From: Alphaproteobacteria bacterium
GTDB taxonomy: Bacteria; Pseudomonadota; Alphaproteobacteria; UBA2966
Direction of reading: 5' to 3'
NCBI GenBank assembly: GCA_964291395.2
Contig: OZ219856.1
Location: 768,001-832,000, forward strand
Length of the DNA stretch: 64,000 nt
Shown: positions 60,794-64,000 of the stretch, piece by piece
How the letters are laid out: each line of letters opens with the position of its first letter
How positions within the stretch are numbered: the first letter of the stretch is position 1
Made by a program: the position numbers and the translations under genes
The notes under the pieces: model-generated
The model's input: only the letters and a program-made list of their open reading frames with translations
Told to the model about the DNA's origin: nothing
Databases searched by the model: none

Positions 60794-61195
60794 TCAGTCG
60801 ACGACCGCGACGCCGTCGATTTCGACCAGCAGCTCGGGGTAGGCCAGGGCCTGGACGCCGAGCAGGGTGGACGGCGGCCGGTGCTCCGGCGGAATGAACT
60901 CGGACATGACGTTCAGGAGGATGTCCCGGTGCGCGACCTCGTACCCGACGACGTAGAACGTCAGCATGACCAGATCCTCCAGGGCCGCGCCGCCGGCGGC
61001 GAGCGCCGTCTTCAGGTTCCGGAAGGTGTATCGGGTCTGTTCCTCGAGGCTGTCGCCCCCGAGCAGGTTGCGGTCGCGGTCCCACGCCGCCTGCCCGGCG
61101 ACGCGAACCGTCTTGCCCCCTTCGCTGACGCTGACGTGATGATAGAACTCGGTCTGTCTGAGCGAGTCGTGCTTGATGAGCGTTCTGGTCGCCAT
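60794..61195 (-). CDS. RidA family protein
   Basis: VAGQ, PPSTLLGVQALAYPELLVEID. Confidence 0.9.
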   Translation of the reverse strand: MATRTLIKHDSLRQTEFYHHVSVSEGGKTVRVAGQAAWDRDRNLLGGDSLEEQTRYTFRNLKTALAAGGAALEDLVMLTFYVVGYEVAHRDILLNVMSEFIPPEHRPPSTLLGVQALAYPELLVEIDGVAVVD

Positions 61196-61339
61196 GGTCG
61201 CGCCTCCCGCGCTGCGGTTGGTGACGGTCGGGACGGCGGATGCCGCCGCCCGGCCGCGACAGGATGCCGCATTCGGGCGGTGCGCCGCCACGGAGACGGC
61301 GGCCGACCGGCGGCGCCCGGTCTTCGCCGGTCGCGCGGA

Positions 61340-61951
61340 TCACTGGTCGAACGTCGGCGCTCCGTCCGCCAGGTAGCGCAGCTCTTCCTCGGTGGACTCC
61401 CGGCCGAGGATGCGGTTGCGGTGCGGAAACCGGCCGAACCGTTCGACGATATCGTGATGCAGGCGCGCGTAGCGCGCGTTCTCGGCAAAGCGGTCGCGCC
61501 AGGCGTCGTCCGCTTCGGCCGCGAGCGACTCGAACCGCTCGACGGACCGGCGCTGGAGACCGGGGTCCTCGGCATGCTGGAGCGGCATGTACAGAAAGAG
61601 CCGCTCGACCGGGTGCAGGGAGCGGTCCTGTCCGGACTCGATGCCGGCGACGCAGTGGGCGGCCGCCTGCGTGTCGTGCGCGAAGGCGGCCGGGGAGCCG
61701 CGATGGATGTTGCGGGGCATCTGGTCGAGCAGGATCACCAGCGCGAGCCGCCCATGCGGCGTGTCGGCCCAGCCGTCGAGGAGACCCGCCGCCGCGTCCT
61801 CGAGCGGGGCGGCGAAGCGGGCCGCGCACTCGCGGTCGAACGCGTGGTCGGCGCCGAACCACACCGTCCCGCGGCGCTCCAGCGCCTCGGGGCTGGCCGT
61901 CGCGTCTCCGAACCAGAAATCCACCACGTCCTTCGGTACCGTCTCGCTCAT
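61340..61951 (-). CDS. DUF924 family protein
   Basis: DFWFG, ILLDQMPRN, YMPLQHAE, RFGRFPHRN. Confidence 0.92.
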   Translation of the reverse strand: MSETVPKDVVDFWFGDATASPEALERRGTVWFGADHAFDRECAARFAAPLEDAAAGLLDGWADTPHGRLALVILLDQMPRNIHRGSPAAFAHDTQAAAHCVAGIESGQDRSLHPVERLFLYMPLQHAEDPGLQRRSVERFESLAAEADDAWRDRFAENARYARLHHDIVERFGRFPHRNRILGRESTEEELRYLADGAPTFDQ

Positions 61952-62120
61952 GGCGTCTCCTCCCGTGCCTCCTCCAATCCCGCTGGGGTTGGGCTCGGCG
62001 GTCGTTCCAGCCCACCCCGCGTAGCCGGACGGCGGTTCGGTCAGCGCGCCCGCCGGCAGCGGATCGCGGGGATGGCCGGCCAGCGCCGTGCAGATCAGGC
62101 GTTCGAACTTGTTTCCGACG

Positions 62121-62432
62121 TCACTCGACCCGGATGGGCACCTCGACGATCTCTCCGCGCCGTACCGACGCGATCGCCTGGCTGATTTCACTGGCGCGGA
62201 GACGAACCTGGGACCACGCCGTGGCCATCAAAACAACGACGCCGATTTGCCTGTCCGCCAGGTCTTGCTGGTGGCGAAGGCTCTGGTCGGTCGTCACAAA
62301 GACCTCGTATCCCTCTCGTTCCGCAAGGTCGAGCAACTCGCCGTTGTCCTTGTCCGACCAGCCCTTTTCCGCCAACGTGTCCACGGAGTGCTTTGGGAGG
62401 AGGTTCCGTAGAGGCGCTGGCGTTCCCTGATG
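62121..62432 (-). pseudogene. DUF5615/VapC45-like PIN toxin, 5'-truncated
   Basis: QGTPAPLR...NGELL...VTTDQSLRHQQ; start missing. Confidence 0.7.
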
Positions 62433-62531
62433 CCTCAAGGCGCCGCTTCCGCCCTAAGCGGCTTGGAACCGCCGTCGCGCGCATGCGATACTGCCCGCAC
62501 GTTCGCGCCACAGGACCGGGAAGCCGTGCAT

Positions 62532-63226
62532 ATGCTGAGATTCGCGGAAGAAATGATGCTGCTTCTGCTCGCGCCACAGGACCGGGAAGCCGTGCATATG
62601 CGATGCTTCTGCTCGATGACGAAGGCGGGAAGTTCATCGACGTGCCCACGGTGTCGCTCGAGCATGCGCTTGCCGGCTCGGTTCTCATGGACCTGGCCCT
62701 GGAGCGCCGAATAGATACCGATCCGAAACAACTCTTCGTGGTCGACCCGACTCCGACCGGCGATGACCTGCTGGACCCGACGCTTGCCCGCATCGTCCAG
62801 GCGGAGGAGACGTATGACTGCGGTCACTGGATCAAGGCATCGGCGGTCCATGCCGACGAGATTCGCGAACGCGCGCTCGAACGTCTCGTCGAGCGCGGCA
62901 TTCTGCGGCGCGAGGAGGACCGCTTCATGTGGGTGCTCCCGACGCGACGCTATCCGATCATCGACGACAAGACCGTCCGGGAGGTCAAGCTGCGGATCAT
63001 GGAGGTCCTGTTCAGCGACGAAATCCCGGACGCGCGCGACATCATCATCATTTCCCTCTCCGACGTGTGCGGTATTCTGAACAGCCTGCTTTCCAGTCGG
63101 GAGTTGAAGACCACCGCCCAACGCGTCGATCAGGTCCGCAAGATGGATCTGATCGGCCGGGAAGTCTCGGAGACGGTGTGGGACATCCAGTCGTCCCTCG
63201 CCATGGCCATGGTGCCGATGCACTGA
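62532..63226 (+). CDS. GPP34/GOLPH3 family protein, 5' end disrupted by a local duplication
   Basis: MLRFAEEMMLLLL interrupted by a 44-nt insert; resumes MLLLDDEGG...GSVLMDLALERRID...RRYP. Confidence 0.8.
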
Positions 63227-63310
63227 CGCGCGGCGATTCCGCCGCATTTTCTTGGAGAGACACGGGAGGCGTGCCGCGACGGCTGCGCGGTATGGCGGCA
63301 GGCCGGTCGC

Positions 63311-64000
63311 TTACGCGGCGTGGTGTTGGTGCCAGTGGCGGGCGATCTCCTCGCGATGGCACAGCCAGACGTCGGAATGCGCCTCGACGTGATCCAGGAA
63401 GCGGGTGAGGGCGCCGATGCGGCCCGGACGGCCGATCATGCGGCAGTGCATGGCGACGGTCAGGAGCTTGGGCGCCCGTTCGCCTTCGCGATAGAGCCAG
63501 TCGAAGGCGTCCCGCATGTAGGTGAACCAGTCACCGGCGGTGGCGAAGCCCTGTCCCCGTGTGAAGCGGCCGTCGTTGGAGTCGAACGTGTGGCAGATGA
63601 CCAGGTGCCGTTTGCCGTCGACGGTCACCCAATAGGGCAGGTCGTCGTTGATGGCGTCGCAGTCGTAGAGGAAGCCGCCTTCCTCTACGACGAGCCGCCG
63701 CGTGTTGAGGCTGGGCCGGCCGGTGAACCAGCCGAGCGGCCGTCTGCCCGTGAGCCGCTCGATCGTCTCGACGCAGCGGGCGATGTGCTCGCGCTCTTCG
63801 TCTTCCGGCATGCCGTAGTAGTCGATCCAGCGCCAGCCGTGTCCGACGTAGTCGCAGCCCATCCGGGCGGTCTCCTCCGCGACCGCCGGATTGCGCTCGA
63901 GTGCGCTGCCGACCCCGTAGATCGTGAGCGGCAGCCGGCGCTCGGCGAACACCCCGAGAATCCGCCAGACGCCGGCCCGGCTGCCGTACTCGTACGATGA
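63311..64000 (-). CDS. puuE: Allantoinase PuuE-like polysaccharide deacetylase family, partial
   Basis: YEYGSRAGVWR, HGWRWIDY, DDLPYW, DAFDWLYREG, HCRMIGRPGR. Confidence 0.85.
   Translation of the reverse strand, partial: SSYEYGSRAGVWRILGVFAERRLPLTIYGVGSALERNPAVAEETARMGCDYVGHGWRWIDYYGMPEDEEREHIARCVETIERLTGRRPLGWFTGRPSLNTRRLVVEEGGFLYDCDAINDDLPYWVTVDGKRHLVICHTFDSNDGRFTRGQGFATAGDWFTYMRDAFDWLYREGERAPKLLTVAMHCRMIGRPGRIGALTRFLDHVEAHSDVWLCHREEIARHWHQHHAA

Overview
High-GC, probably alphaproteobacterial, chromosome segment in four parts. (1) 1-17.3 kb: Mu-like siphophage head-tail operon on the minus strand (protease I, capsid T, tail tube, chaperone, tape measure, tail tip), plus a divergent S24 repressor / Mor-like activator pair. 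(2) 17.4-38.9 kb: mostly intact host metabolic genes: PhoX, otsA/GH15, CoA transferase, LysR, Rieske dioxygenase with two Baeyer-Villiger monooxygenases, AtuA, a UGA-readthrough PrdB/GrdB-like selenoprotein, and a TauD-family enzyme. (3) 39.2-44.1 kb: the matching Mu-like lysis, terminase and portal operon on the plus strand. (4) 44.2-64 kb: a toxin-antitoxin-rich, partly decayed accessory region with a probable 6S RNA, an integrase remnant, duplicated gene fragments and more metabolic genes. The main observation is that both phage operons, 23 kb apart and on opposite strands, start from the same promoter: an identical 23-bp motif GGGGGAACATGTTCCCCTGACGC, a 17-bp spacer, then GATA(A/C)T. No transposase or replication genes appear in the window. 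This suggests a stripped-down repressor > Mor > two-operon particle regulon (GTA-like candidate), although several frameshifts point to ongoing decay. All family calls come from motif recognition by eye; no searches were run.
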